The notes beneath the pieces were generated by a model. It searched no databases, was not told the origin of the DNA, and worked only from the letters and a program-made list of their open reading frames with translations. Of a DNA stretch of 64,000 bases, positions 49,215 to 58,793 are shown piece by piece. This DNA is from Gammaproteobacteria bacterium. Lineage in GTDB: Bacteria; Pseudomonadota; Gammaproteobacteria; Natronospirales; REEB76. The stretch's first letter is position 1. Every line of letters begins with the position of its first letter. The stretch lies in contig JAGWOR010000008.1 of the NCBI GenBank assembly GCA_028870845.1, forward strand, positions 5,303 through 69,302. Direction: 5' to 3'. The position numbers and the translations under genes are program-made.

Positions 49215-50741
49215 ATGAAATCCAGCGGATTCACAAGAAACGCGTTCGGCCTGGCCGGTTACGCGCTGACACTCGTACTCGCGGCATGCACCGTGGGGCC
49301 CGCCTATCAAAAACCCGCGGCGCCTGCGGTCAGCAGCTATACAGCGGCACCGCTGGTGAGCACCGCTCCGGCAGCCGCATCCGCCGCCACGGTCGCAAAC
49401 GCCCAGAGCTTGCGCCTGGGCGCCAGCGTGAATCCCGAATGGTGGAAGGCATTCGGCTCAGACTCGCTGAATGCACTGGTTGCCCGGGCGCTGCGGCACA
49501 ATCCCGGACTGGATGCCGCGGAAGCGACCCTGAAGGAAGCGCGCTACAACAGCAAAGCCGCCAGCGGCATTTTCTACCCGCAGGTATCCCTGGGACTGAG
49601 TGGTGAACGCCTGCGGCAATCGGGTGCCAACAGCGGGGGCTTATTCACTCCGCCGCTTTTCAATCTGTATACCGGCGACGTGTCGGTGAGCTATTACCCG
49701 GACGTGTTCGGTCTGAACCGGCTGGTGGCGCGCGGCGCACAGGCGCAGGTGGATATCGCCGCCGACCAGCTGCAGGCGGCACGCCTGACCCTGGAAGGCA
49801 ACGTGGTCAACCTGGTGCTGAACCTGGCGGCTCTGGACGGCGAAATCGCGGCTGAGCAGAACACCATTCAGGAAGAATCCGAGCTGCTGGAATTGACGCG
49901 CAAGCGTTATGAACTGGGCGCGGATTCGCAACTTGCGGTGCTGACCCAGTCGACCCAGCTGGAGAGCAATCGAGCGGCGCTGCCACAACTGCAACAGGGG
50001 CGCGATCAGGCGCGGCACCTGCTGGCGGTTTATCTGGGCGAATTCCCGTCCCGGATCCATGGACTCAAGACGCCACAGCTGGTGGAATTGCAGCTTCCTC
50101 GCAGCCTGCCCCTGAGCCTGCCTTCGGCGCTGGTGCTCCAGCGGCCCGACATCCGCGCCGCCGAGGCCCAATTGCGCGCCGCCAACGCCGTGGTTGGGGA
50201 GCAGGTGGCGCGCATGTATCCGCTGCTGCAGCTTACGGCTACTGATGGCGGCCAAAGCAACGCCTGGGGAACCTTGTTTGATTCCGCCAGCCGCATTTGG
50301 AGCCTGGGCGCATCGCTGGTGCTGCCGCTGTTCGAAGGCGGTACGCTGGAAGCGCAGAAAAACGCCGCTGAGCAGGCTTATGCGGGCGTTTTCGATAATT
50401 ACCGCAGTGCGGTGCTGAATGCATTCAGCAACGTCGCGGATGTGCTGCGCGCGCTGCAGCATGATGCCGAAACCGCGAACAGTGAAAAGCGGGCCCTGGA
50501 AGACGCCAGCCGTGGGTTCGCATTGGTGCGCTCGCAGTATCAAAGCGGAGCGGTGGACTACCTCAGCCTGCTTACCAGTGAGGTGCAGTACGACACTGCG
50601 CGCATTGCCTATATCCAGGCGCAGACCCGACAGCTTGTAGATACCGTGGCCTTGTACGTGGCTCTGGGCGGCGGCCAGGATAAGCCGGCCGATCCGCCAG
50701 CGAAGCCGCGCCGCCACACTCCACAGGAGAACAGCAAATGA
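49215..50741 (+). CDS. RND efflux outer membrane lipoprotein, NodT family
   Basis: I trimmed the ORF to the ATG at 49215. Lipobox LVLAAC. Tandem OEP repeats. Confidence 0.85.
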   Translation: MKSSGFTRNAFGLAGYALTLVLAACTVGPAYQKPAAPAVSSYTAAPLVSTAPAAASAATVANAQSLRLGASVNPEWWKAFGSDSLNALVARALRHNPGLDAAEATLKEARYNSKAASGIFYPQVSLGLSGERLRQSGANSGGLFTPPLFNLYTGDVSVSYYPDVFGLNRLVARGAQAQVDIAADQLQAARLTLEGNVVNLVLNLAALDGEIAAEQNTIQEESELLELTRKRYELGADSQLAVLTQSTQLESNRAALPQLQQGRDQARHLLAVYLGEFPSRIHGLKTPQLVELQLPRSLPLSLPSALVLQRPDIRAAEAQLRAANAVVGEQVARMYPLLQLTATDGGQSNAWGTLFDSASRIWSLGASLVLPLFEGGTLEAQKNAAEQAYAGVFDNYRSAVLNAFSNVADVLRALQHDAETANSEKRALEDASRGFALVRSQYQSGAVDYLSLLTSEVQYDTARIAYIQAQTRQLVDTVALYVALGGGQDKPADPPAKPRRHTPQENSK

Positions 50742-51847
50742 CCCGTTCCGAGAAAATGATCCTGCTGCGTACCGCAATTGCGGTGGCGGTCGTGCTCGTG
50801 CTCCTGTTTGGAATCAAGGCCTGGCTTGGATATCGGGCGCGCGCCGCCCAGGCGCGCGGCGGCGGGTTTTCAGTGAGCGTCGAGGCAGCACAGGCGACCA
50901 CCGCCCAATGGCTGCAGCAGATCCACGCGGTCGCCAATCTGGTGGCGGTAAGAGGCGTGGAGCTTACACCGCAGCTGCCGGGGCAGGTGACCGGCATCTA
51001 TTTTCATTCCGGTGAATACGTGCGCCAGGGCCAGCGCCTGATCCAGATCGACAACAGCAACCAGCTGGCCCAGCTCAAAAGCGATCAGGCCTCGGCCGAG
51101 CTGGCGCGCATCAACTACCAGCGTACCGCGGGCCTGTTCAAGCTGAATGCCGCCAGCCAGGCGAACCTCGACAGCGCCCGGGCAGCCTACGCCAGCGCCA
51201 AGGCCGCGGTTGCCAGCGACCAGGCCACACTCGCCAAACTGGCGCTGAGCGCACCGTTCGCGGGATGGATCGGCGTGCGCCAGGTGAGCCTGGGGCAGTA
51301 CCTGACGCCCGGCACCCCGGTGGCAGAGCTGAATGCCTGGGATCCGCTACGTGCGGAGTTCACCGTGCCCCAGGACCAGATCGCGCTGCTGCATACCGGA
51401 CAGCAAGTGCAGATCAGCGTTAATTCCTATCCCGACCAGCAATTCCCGGCGCGGGTCGTGGCATTGGGCTCGCAGGTGAATCCCTCCACCCGCAACCTGG
51501 ATGTGGATGCCACGGTTCCCAATCCGCGCCATCTGCTGCGCCCGGGCATGTTCGGCGAAGCCTTGCTGCTGGCGGGCGAGCCGCGCAGCGTGCTGGTGGT
51601 GCCGGCGGTGGCCATTACCTACAGCACCTTCGGTGAGTATGTATACAAGATCGAGCACAAGTCCGAAAAAGACGGCAAACAGCTGTCAGTCGCCGTGGCC
51701 ACCACGGTACGTACCGGGGAAACCCGTGACGGCATGACTGAAATTATTTCCGGACTGCAGGCCGGCGACACGGTGGTGACCGCGGGCCAAGTGAAGCTGC
51801 GCAGCGGGATGCCGGTGGAAATCCATAACCCCGCGGCCAGCCACTGA
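50738..51847 (+). CDS. RND efflux periplasmic adaptor (MFP)
   Basis: ATGA overlap with the upstream gene. TM anchor, lipoyl/hairpin/beta-barrel pattern (APFAGWIGVRQVSLGQYLTPGT). Confidence 0.85.
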   Translation: MTRSEKMILLRTAIAVAVVLVLLFGIKAWLGYRARAAQARGGGFSVSVEAAQATTAQWLQQIHAVANLVAVRGVELTPQLPGQVTGIYFHSGEYVRQGQRLIQIDNSNQLAQLKSDQASAELARINYQRTAGLFKLNAASQANLDSARAAYASAKAAVASDQATLAKLALSAPFAGWIGVRQVSLGQYLTPGTPVAELNAWDPLRAEFTVPQDQIALLHTGQQVQISVNSYPDQQFPARVVALGSQVNPSTRNLDVDATVPNPRHLLRPGMFGEALLLAGEPRSVLVVPAVAITYSTFGEYVYKIEHKSEKDGKQLSVAVATTVRTGETRDGMTEIISGLQAGDTVVTAGQVKLRSGMPVEIHNPAASH

Positions 51848-51859
51848 GCGGAGAGCGGC

Positions 51860-54800
51860 ATGCGTTTCACCGATATCTTCATCCGCCGCCCGGTTCTGGC
51901 AACCGCGCTTAACCTGGTGATCCTGTTGCTGGGTCTGCGCGCCTGGACGGCCATGACGGTGGAGGAATATCCGCAGGTCACCAGTACGCTGATCACCGTG
52001 ACCACGGCCTATCCCGGCGCGGACCCCAAGACGGTGCAGGGTTTTGTCACCGCGCGCCTCGAGCAGTCCATCGCTTCCGCCCCGGGTATCGACTACATGA
52101 CCTCGTCCAGCGCCCAGGGACTGTCCACCATCACCGTGTACATGAAGCTCAACTACGATCCCAACGCGGCCGAGTCGCAGATCCTGGCGAAGGTGCAGCA
52201 GGTGCAGAACCAGCTGCCCACCGGCACCCAGTCGCCGGTGATCAATGAAACCGTGGGCGACCAGACCGCGCTGATCTACCTGGCGTTTTACAGCAAGACC
52301 CTTAACCAGCAGCAGGTGAACGACTACGTGCTGCGGGTGGCGCAGCCCAAGATCCAGGGCGAACCCGGCGTAGGCCAGGCGCAAATCGTGCCGGCCGGCA
52401 CCGGCCCCAGCGGTAACAGTTTCGTGCTGCGCGCCTGGCTGAATCCCAATAAATTGGCTGCCTACAATCTAACGCCCGCGGACGTGGCCACGGCCCTGGC
52501 CAGCAATAATTACATCAGCGCCGTGGGCCGCACCAAATCCAAGGACATCGCACGTACCATCACCGCGGAAACTTCGCTGGACGATCCCGAACAGTTCCGC
52601 CGCATGGTGGTAGCCAATCGCGGTGGCACCTTGGTGCGGCTGGGCGATGTGGCGCGCGTGACCCTGGGCGCGCAAAACTACAATCAGGCGGTGTTTTACA
52701 ACGGCACTCCCGCGGTATTTATCGGCGTGTACCCCACGCCCGGGGCCAACAGCCTCACGGTGGCTGCGGGCGTGCACCAGGCCTATGCAGAGATGTCGAG
52801 TTCGCTGCCGCCGGGCATCCAGGTGGCGATTCCCTACGACGCCAGCGCCTACATCCAGCGTTCCATCCATGAAGTGATGATCACCATCGCCATCACGCTG
52901 GCGGTGGTGGTGGCGGTGATTTTCCTGTTTCTGGGATCACTGCGATCGCTGCTGATACCGGCTATCGCCATTCCCCTGTCGGTCACCGGCGCCGGTATTT
53001 TGATGATCGGGCTGGGCTATTCCATCAATCTGCTGACGCTGCTGGCCGTGGTGCTGGCCATCGGGCTGGTGGTGGATGACGCCATCATCGTGGTGGAAAA
53101 CATCCACCGGCACATCGAGGAAGGCAAGCCGCCGGCACAGGCGGCGCTCATGAGCGCGCGCGAGCTTTCGATACCCATAATCGTCATGGCCACCACGCTG
53201 GCGGCGGTATTCGCGCCCATCGGGCTAACCGGCGGGCTGACGGGCAGCCTGTTTTCGCAGTTCGCGTTCACCCTGGTGTTCACGGTGGTGATTTCCGCGG
53301 TGGTGGCACTGACGCTTTCACCCATGGTTTCCTCCAAAGTGCTGCGTCACAGCAAGCCCCGCGGCCTGGCACATGCGCTGGATACGGCGTTCAACCGGCT
53401 GCGCCGGGCCTACGACCGTTCGTTGTCGGTGGTGCTGAACCTGCGGGCCGCGGTGCTGGTGGCGATCGTGGGAGTGATGATCGCCATTCCCGTGATGTTT
53501 CTCGGCATTCCCGGCGAACTGGCGCCCACCGAAGACCAGGGCCTGATCCTGGTGGCGGCCACCGGACCGGCCACCTCGACGCTGGCCTACTTGAACCAAT
53601 ACGCGGTGCAGATACGCAAGGTGTTTGACAGTTTCCCCGAGACCAAACAGGTATTTCAGATCAACGGTATTTCGCTCACCGGCGGCGGCGGTAACAACGC
53701 CGGCATCGGCGGCATGAAGCTCAAGGATTGGAGCCAGCGCTCGCGCAGCCAGATGCAGCTGCTGCCGCTGGTGCAGGCCAAATTGAACCAGGTCATCGGG
53801 GTGCAGGCCGCAGCATTCCAGAAGCCCACCTTGCCGGGCTCACCCACCGGATTTCCGGTGCAATTCGTGATCACCTCCAGCGGCAGTTATCAGAAACTGA
53901 ACCAGCTAGCCGGCGAATTCATCGGTGCCGCCATGAAGAGCGGACAATTCCTGTTCATGACCAAGGATTTGCAGTACGACAATCCGCAGGTGTCCGTCAG
54001 CATCAACCGCGACATGGCCGGCACCCTGGGCGTGAGCATGTCGGACATCAGCCAGAATCTGGGCGCGCTGCTGAGCGGCAATTACGTCAACCGTTTCAAC
54101 CTGAACGGGCGCAGCTACAAGGTTATTCCCCAGGTGCCGGACCAGTTCCGCGCCGATCCCTCGCAGCTGGGACGCTACTACATCCGCAACAGCAGCGGAC
54201 AGCTGCTGCCCCTGTCAACACTGATTAAGGTGCACACCCGGGTGCAGCCGGAATTCCTGCCGCAGTTCCAGCAGCTCAACTCGGCGACCCTGGAGGGCGT
54301 CATGGCGCCTGGCGTCACCCTCGGCGAAGCGCTTGCCTACATGAAAAATGAAGCTGCCAAGCTGCTGCCCAGGGGTTTCGGCTACGATTACGCTGCGCAG
54401 TCGCGCCAGTTCATCGAGCAAGGCAACACTTTCATTGTCACTTTCATGCTGGCAATCCTGCTGGTGTATCTGCTGCTGGCCATGCAGTTCGAGAGTTTCC
54501 GCGACCCCCTGATCGTCATGGCGACGGTGCCCATGGCGATCTCCGGCGCGCTACTCTTCATGTACTACGGAGCCGCAACCCTCAATATTTACACGGAAGT
54601 CGGCATCATCGCGCTCATTGGCCTGATCACCAAGCAGGGCATCCTGATCGTGCAGTTCGCCAACGTGATCCAGGAAACCGAGGGACTGGATCGTCGCGCG
54701 GCCGTGGAAAAAGCCTCCAGCATCCGCCTGCGGCCGATCCTCATGACCACCGGCGCCATGGTGTTTGGCGCGGTACCCCTGATTATGGCCACCGGGCCGG

Positions 54801-54988
54801 GCTCCGTGAGCCGCTTCGACATCGGGCTGGTGATCGCCACCGGTCTCGCCATCGGCGCGCTGTTTTCCCTGTATGTGGTGCCGGTGATCTATACCTACGT
54901 GGCAGCCGTGAAGGGGAAAACCTTGCAGGATGCCAACGGCGCTTCGACCGGGGTGCCCGCCCAATCCGAAGGCCAGCCGTCCCACTGA
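51860..54988 (+). CDS. RND multidrug efflux permease (AcrB/MdtB-like)
   Basis: 1042 aa. MRFTDIFIRRPVLA N-terminus, 12 TM helices with two large periplasmic loops, VVDDAIIVVENI motif. Confidence 0.95.
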   Translation: MRFTDIFIRRPVLATALNLVILLLGLRAWTAMTVEEYPQVTSTLITVTTAYPGADPKTVQGFVTARLEQSIASAPGIDYMTSSSAQGLSTITVYMKLNYDPNAAESQILAKVQQVQNQLPTGTQSPVINETVGDQTALIYLAFYSKTLNQQQVNDYVLRVAQPKIQGEPGVGQAQIVPAGTGPSGNSFVLRAWLNPNKLAAYNLTPADVATALASNNYISAVGRTKSKDIARTITAETSLDDPEQFRRMVVANRGGTLVRLGDVARVTLGAQNYNQAVFYNGTPAVFIGVYPTPGANSLTVAAGVHQAYAEMSSSLPPGIQVAIPYDASAYIQRSIHEVMITIAITLAVVVAVIFLFLGSLRSLLIPAIAIPLSVTGAGILMIGLGYSINLLTLLAVVLAIGLVVDDAIIVVENIHRHIEEGKPPAQAALMSARELSIPIIVMATTLAAVFAPIGLTGGLTGSLFSQFAFTLVFTVVISAVVALTLSPMVSSKVLRHSKPRGLAHALDTAFNRLRRAYDRSLSVVLNLRAAVLVAIVGVMIAIPVMFLGIPGELAPTEDQGLILVAATGPATSTLAYLNQYAVQIRKVFDSFPETKQVFQINGISLTGGGGNNAGIGGMKLKDWSQRSRSQMQLLPLVQAKLNQVIGVQAAAFQKPTLPGSPTGFPVQFVITSSGSYQKLNQLAGEFIGAAMKSGQFLFMTKDLQYDNPQVSVSINRDMAGTLGVSMSDISQNLGALLSGNYVNRFNLNGRSYKVIPQVPDQFRADPSQLGRYYIRNSSGQLLPLSTLIKVHTRVQPEFLPQFQQLNSATLEGVMAPGVTLGEALAYMKNEAAKLLPRGFGYDYAAQSRQFIEQGNTFIVTFMLAILLVYLLLAMQFESFRDPLIVMATVPMAISGALLFMYYGAATLNIYTEVGIIALIGLITKQGILIVQFANVIQETEGLDRRAAVEKASSIRLRPILMTTGAMVFGAVPLIMATGPGSVSRFDIGLVIATGLAIGALFSLYVVPVIYTYVAAVKGKTLQDANGASTGVPAQSEGQPSH

Positions 54989-55016
54989 TGGGAAATTCAA
55001 GCCGCGTATGAATCGT

Positions 55017-55169
55017 TCACCAGGATTTACCGCCGCGGCCTGAATCCGTGGACAAACCGAACATATCCCTGAAGAGGTTGGCGCCCGAAAACTGGTGCAG
55101 CAGGGCGAACGCCACGTGCCCGATCCAGTAGATCCAGAGCAGTTCGCCGAACCGCCGGATGTAAAACAG
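55017..55169 (-). pseudogene. Remnant of a cytochrome b561-family gene (C-terminal about 50 codons only)
   Basis: My own minus-strand translation gives LFYIRRFGELLWIYWIGHVAFALLHQFSGANLFRDMFGLSTDSGRGGKSW-stop. This resembles the last helix and tail of cytochrome b561/CybB proteins (H..A.L.H.F....D....RM pattern). There is no start codon, and the frame is preceded by a terminator hairpin. Confidence 0.35.
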
Positions 55170-55200
55170 AACGGCCCCGCAAGCGGGGCCGTTGTTTTTT
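55170..55200. terminator. Rho-independent terminator downstream of the BI-1 family gene; its T-run lies on the + strand
   Basis: AACGGCCCCG-caag-CGGGGCCGTT followed by GTTTTTT on the + strand. On the minus strand it follows the BI-1 gene stop at 55213. Confidence 0.7.
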
Positions 55201-55212
55201 GGCTGATGGAGC

Positions 55213-55965
55213 TCAGCGCCGGGTGTTGCCCAGCAGCCGCAGGATTTCCAGGTACAGCCACACCAGGGTCACCATCAGGGCGAAGGCGCCGTACCATTCC
55301 ATGTAGCGTGGTGCGCCGGCCGTGGCCTGCTTGGAGATCAGGTCGAAATCCAGGATCAGGTTCAGGGCGGCCACCGCCACGATGAACAGGCTGATGCCGA
55401 TGGACAGACCGGAATGACCGAACAGCATGCTGGTGTCCACATGGAACATGCTCACGATCCAGGTGAGCGCGTAGAAGATGAGTATGCCGAAGGTGGCCGC
55501 CGCAACGATGCGGTAAAAGAAAGGCGTGGCCTTGATGATGCCGGTGCGGTACAGGATCAGCATACCCAGCGCCACCGCCATGGTCAGACCCACCGCCTGG
55601 ATGACGATGCCCGGATATTGGGCATTGAACAGCGCGGAGATGCCACCCACCGCAAAACCTTCGCAGATGGCGTACAGCGGCGCGGTGACCGGTGCCCAGG
55701 TGGGCTTGAAGGGCGTGGCGATACCGAAAACCAGCCCACCGATCACGCCGCCGATCACGTAGGGCATGACCGCCGCTGGATTGTGGGTGGTGATGAACTG
55801 CGACCAGCACCAGCCGGCGGTGAGTATCAGCAGCGCCAGCATGATCAGGCTCTTGCCGATGGTGCCGTTGACGGTCATGCGGGCGCCGGTGACTACGCCA
55901 GGCTGTTGGAAGGCCTTGGCCTTGAGCGCCGGGTTGCCGGTTTTCTGCGGAAAATTTATGGGCAT
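55213..55965 (-). CDS. Bax inhibitor-1/YccA family membrane protein (BaxI_1 type)
   Basis: 250 aa, 7 hydrophobic helices, N-terminal GNPALK motif and C-terminal charged tail typical of the family. Confidence 0.75.
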   Translation of the reverse strand: MPINFPQKTGNPALKAKAFQQPGVVTGARMTVNGTIGKSLIMLALLILTAGWCWSQFITTHNPAAVMPYVIGGVIGGLVFGIATPFKPTWAPVTAPLYAICEGFAVGGISALFNAQYPGIVIQAVGLTMAVALGMLILYRTGIIKATPFFYRIVAAATFGILIFYALTWIVSMFHVDTSMLFGHSGLSIGISLFIVAVAALNLILDFDLISKQATAGAPRYMEWYGAFALMVTLVWLYLEILRLLGNTRR

Positions 55966-56087
55966 TTTGGCTTACCTTCAATTACCGAATTGGTTGGTTT
56001 GACCACGCATTTGCGCCGGAGTGCCCCAGGTTCATGGGCGGCTCCGGGTTACACTGTGGTAGACATTATATATGGGGATGTTCGCGC

Positions 56088-58793
56088 GTGACGCAACGGC
56101 TGTGGCATGAAAACCGGATCCTGGAGGCGCTGGCTGCGGGTGCCACGGTGGTCACCGCCAGCGAGCGGCTGGCGCGCAGTGTACGGCTGGCGCATGGGGA
56201 TACGGCACAGGCCCATGGTGCCCGGGTATGGGCGAGCGCCCAGGTATTGAACTGGAATGCCTTCCTGAAAAGCCAGTATCAGCGCTACCAGGAAACCAGC
56301 CTGCGACCCGGCCCGCGGTTGCTGGCAGCGCACCAGGCGGAAGCGCTCTGGGAAGGTGTAATTCATACCGCACAAGGTGAAGAAGCCCTATTGCAACCAG
56401 CGGCCGCGGCCCGCGCCGCGGCTGCGGCCGCGGAGCTGTGCAGCGCCTACGGCATCCGCCCCGAGGATCTGGATGCAGAAACCACCGCCGGCGATGACAC
56501 CCGGCGTTTCTCGGCCTGGCTGCATACCTATATAGAGCGTTGCCGCAGCGGCAATCTCCTGGACCCGGCGTGGCTGGCGGAACATCTGCTGGAACGCTAC
56601 GCCAAAGGCGAGGCCGCGCCACCCACACATTGCCTGTACGTGGGCTTCGAGGAAATGACTCCGCAGCAGGCGCGGTTCCTGGATGCGCAGCGCGCTGCCG
56701 GTTGCCGAGTTGAGCTTTTACCGCCTGCCGGCGGCAGCCGGGGCCGCAGCCGACGACTCCAATGCGACGATGCTCAAGGGGAACTGGAGGCGGCGGCGCG
56801 CTGGGCACGGGCGCTGCTGGAGCGGAAACCGGATGCACGCATTGGCATCGTGGTCCGGGATCTGCAAGAGCAACGGCCGGCGCTGGTGCGCACTTTGGAT
56901 CGTATCCTGTGCCCGGGCCTGGATCCGGATGAACATCAGGCGCGTCCCTATAACCTTTCACTGGGCCGGGCGCTCAGCGATTGTCCGCTGGTGAGCGATG
57001 CGCTTATTTTCCTGGCTTGCCTGCAATGGCAACTGCCGTTCGCTCAGGCCAGCCGCCTGCTGCGATCGCCATTTCTGGCGGCGGGTGAAAGCGAAGCGTC
57101 GGCGCGCGCACGCATGGAAATCCATTTGCGGGATGACAACCTGGACCAGGTGGGAATGGCACGTCTGTCGCGTCTGGCACAGGATGGTAAAGCCCCTGAA
57201 TTGCAGGCCATGCTTCAGCGTGTTCAGCAATTGCTGCATGCTCTGCCTGCGCGCCAGTTGCCCAGCGGTTGGGCAAAAACCTTTGCCGCGTTGCTGTCAG
57301 CTTTCGGCTGGCCAGGGGAACGCACGCCCGATTCGGAGGAATACCAGGCGCTCAAAGCGTTGCAGGATCTGCTGGGTGAATTCGCGCAGCTGGACGCGGT
57401 GCTGTCCGCAGTAAATGCCGGCGAGGCCCTGGCGCGCTTCGCACGCATGGCTGCCAGAAACGAATTCCAGCCGGCGGCGGCCGATGTGCCACTGCAGGTG
57501 CTGGGAATACCGGAATCCAGCGGCCAGTATTTCGACCATCTGTGGATAATGGGTTTGACTGAGGATGTATGGCCGGCAAGCCCGCGGCCTGATCCATTCA
57601 TTCCCTGGAAGCTGCAACGCGATCATCGTGTACCGCATGCCAGTGCCGCCCTGGAGATGGAGCAGGCCATGCGCAGCACCCGCCGGCTGTTGGAAAGCGG
57701 TGCAGACATCCTGGTGAGCACGGCAAAGCATGACGCAGACGCCGAACTGCGGCCCAGTCCGTTGCTGGCAGACATCGAGCCTATGGATCTGGTGGATTTG
57801 GTACAGAGCCCGGTTATTGCCTGGCAAGCGCTGCTGCAACGGCAAGCGGCAGCTGCGCTTACGGAATTCACCGACACCCGCGGCCCGCCGCTTGCAAACA
57901 CTGCGGTCAGCGGCGGTACCAAGATTTTGAAAGCCCAAGCTGCCTGTCCGTTCCAGGCTTTTGCAATGTATCGCCTGGGCGCCATGCAACTGGCGACGCC
58001 GTCTCCCGGACTCAGCGCCGCGGAGCGCGGCGTGCTGCTGCACGAGACCATGGCGGCGCTTTGGACACGCTTGCGCGATCATGCGGCACTGCTGCGTTTA
58101 TCCAGCGAAGAACGCCGGCAGATGGTGGTCGACATCGTCCAGCAGATATTGCGTCAATCTGCAGGCCGCCATCCGGATTCCTACCCGCCCAATTTTCTGC
58201 AGCTGGAGCAGCAACGCCTTGCGCGGTTGGTGGAGGCCTGGCTGGATCTGGAGGCCGCGCGCACGCCCTTTAGCGTGGAAATGCGCGAGCAGAAACGCAG
58301 CGTATCACTCGGCAATCTGCGCCTGGATACCCGGGTGGACCGCGTCGACCGGATGCCGGACGGCGGCTATGTGCTCATCGATTACAAGAGTGGCCAGGCG
58401 GATCCAGCCGCCTGGACCGGTGAACGGCCCGATGAGCCGCAGCTGCCCATTTACGCAGTAACCGCAACGCAGCCGCCGGCGGCGGTGTTGTTCGCACAGC
58501 TGCGCACTGGTGATCTGCGCTATCTGGGAGTTGCCGGGCAAGGCGGGCTGGCGCCGGGCATCGGTGTCTACGCCGCGCCGCGCGGACATCCGGAAGCCCC
58601 GCAGGACTGGCACGCACTGCTGGCACTCTGGCAATCGGCGCTGACCGCACTGGCAAATGAATTCCTGCAAGGGGAAGCGCGTGTGGACCCGCAGCATGGC
58701 AGAAATACATGCCGGCAATGCCATCTGCAGTCCCTATGCCGCATCCATGAACACTACGCGCCAGAGGAAGAGGATGCCAATGGCCGTGAATGA
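56088..58793 (+). CDS. AddB-like PD-(D/E)XK nuclease family DNA repair protein with Fe-S Cys cluster
   Basis: About 900 aa. C-terminal nuclease domain (RLDTRVDRVDR ... YVLIDYKSGQ) flanked by Cys residues (AQAACPFQAF ... CRQCHLQSLC), as in AddB and Cas4. The start is uncertain: GTG at 56088 (GGGGA upstream) or ATG at 56034. Confidence 0.75.
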   Translation: MTQRLWHENRILEALAAGATVVTASERLARSVRLAHGDTAQAHGARVWASAQVLNWNAFLKSQYQRYQETSLRPGPRLLAAHQAEALWEGVIHTAQGEEALLQPAAAARAAAAAAELCSAYGIRPEDLDAETTAGDDTRRFSAWLHTYIERCRSGNLLDPAWLAEHLLERYAKGEAAPPTHCLYVGFEEMTPQQARFLDAQRAAGCRVELLPPAGGSRGRSRRLQCDDAQGELEAAARWARALLERKPDARIGIVVRDLQEQRPALVRTLDRILCPGLDPDEHQARPYNLSLGRALSDCPLVSDALIFLACLQWQLPFAQASRLLRSPFLAAGESEASARARMEIHLRDDNLDQVGMARLSRLAQDGKAPELQAMLQRVQQLLHALPARQLPSGWAKTFAALLSAFGWPGERTPDSEEYQALKALQDLLGEFAQLDAVLSAVNAGEALARFARMAARNEFQPAAADVPLQVLGIPESSGQYFDHLWIMGLTEDVWPASPRPDPFIPWKLQRDHRVPHASAALEMEQAMRSTRRLLESGADILVSTAKHDADAELRPSPLLADIEPMDLVDLVQSPVIAWQALLQRQAAAALTEFTDTRGPPLANTAVSGGTKILKAQAACPFQAFAMYRLGAMQLATPSPGLSAAERGVLLHETMAALWTRLRDHAALLRLSSEERRQMVVDIVQQILRQSAGRHPDSYPPNFLQLEQQRLARLVEAWLDLEAARTPFSVEMREQKRSVSLGNLRLDTRVDRVDRMPDGGYVLIDYKSGQADPAAWTGERPDEPQLPIYAVTATQPPAAVLFAQLRTGDLRYLGVAGQGGLAPGIGVYAAPRGHPEAPQDWHALLALWQSALTALANEFLQGEARVDPQHGRNTCRQCHLQSLCRIHEHYAPEEEDANGRE

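Noticed and set aside
54551-55981. 476-aa ORF on the minus strand spanning the end of the RND gene and the BI-1 gene
   Set aside because: It crosses a strong terminator and two well-supported genes in other frames. Its composition is Gly/Arg/His/Pro-rich.
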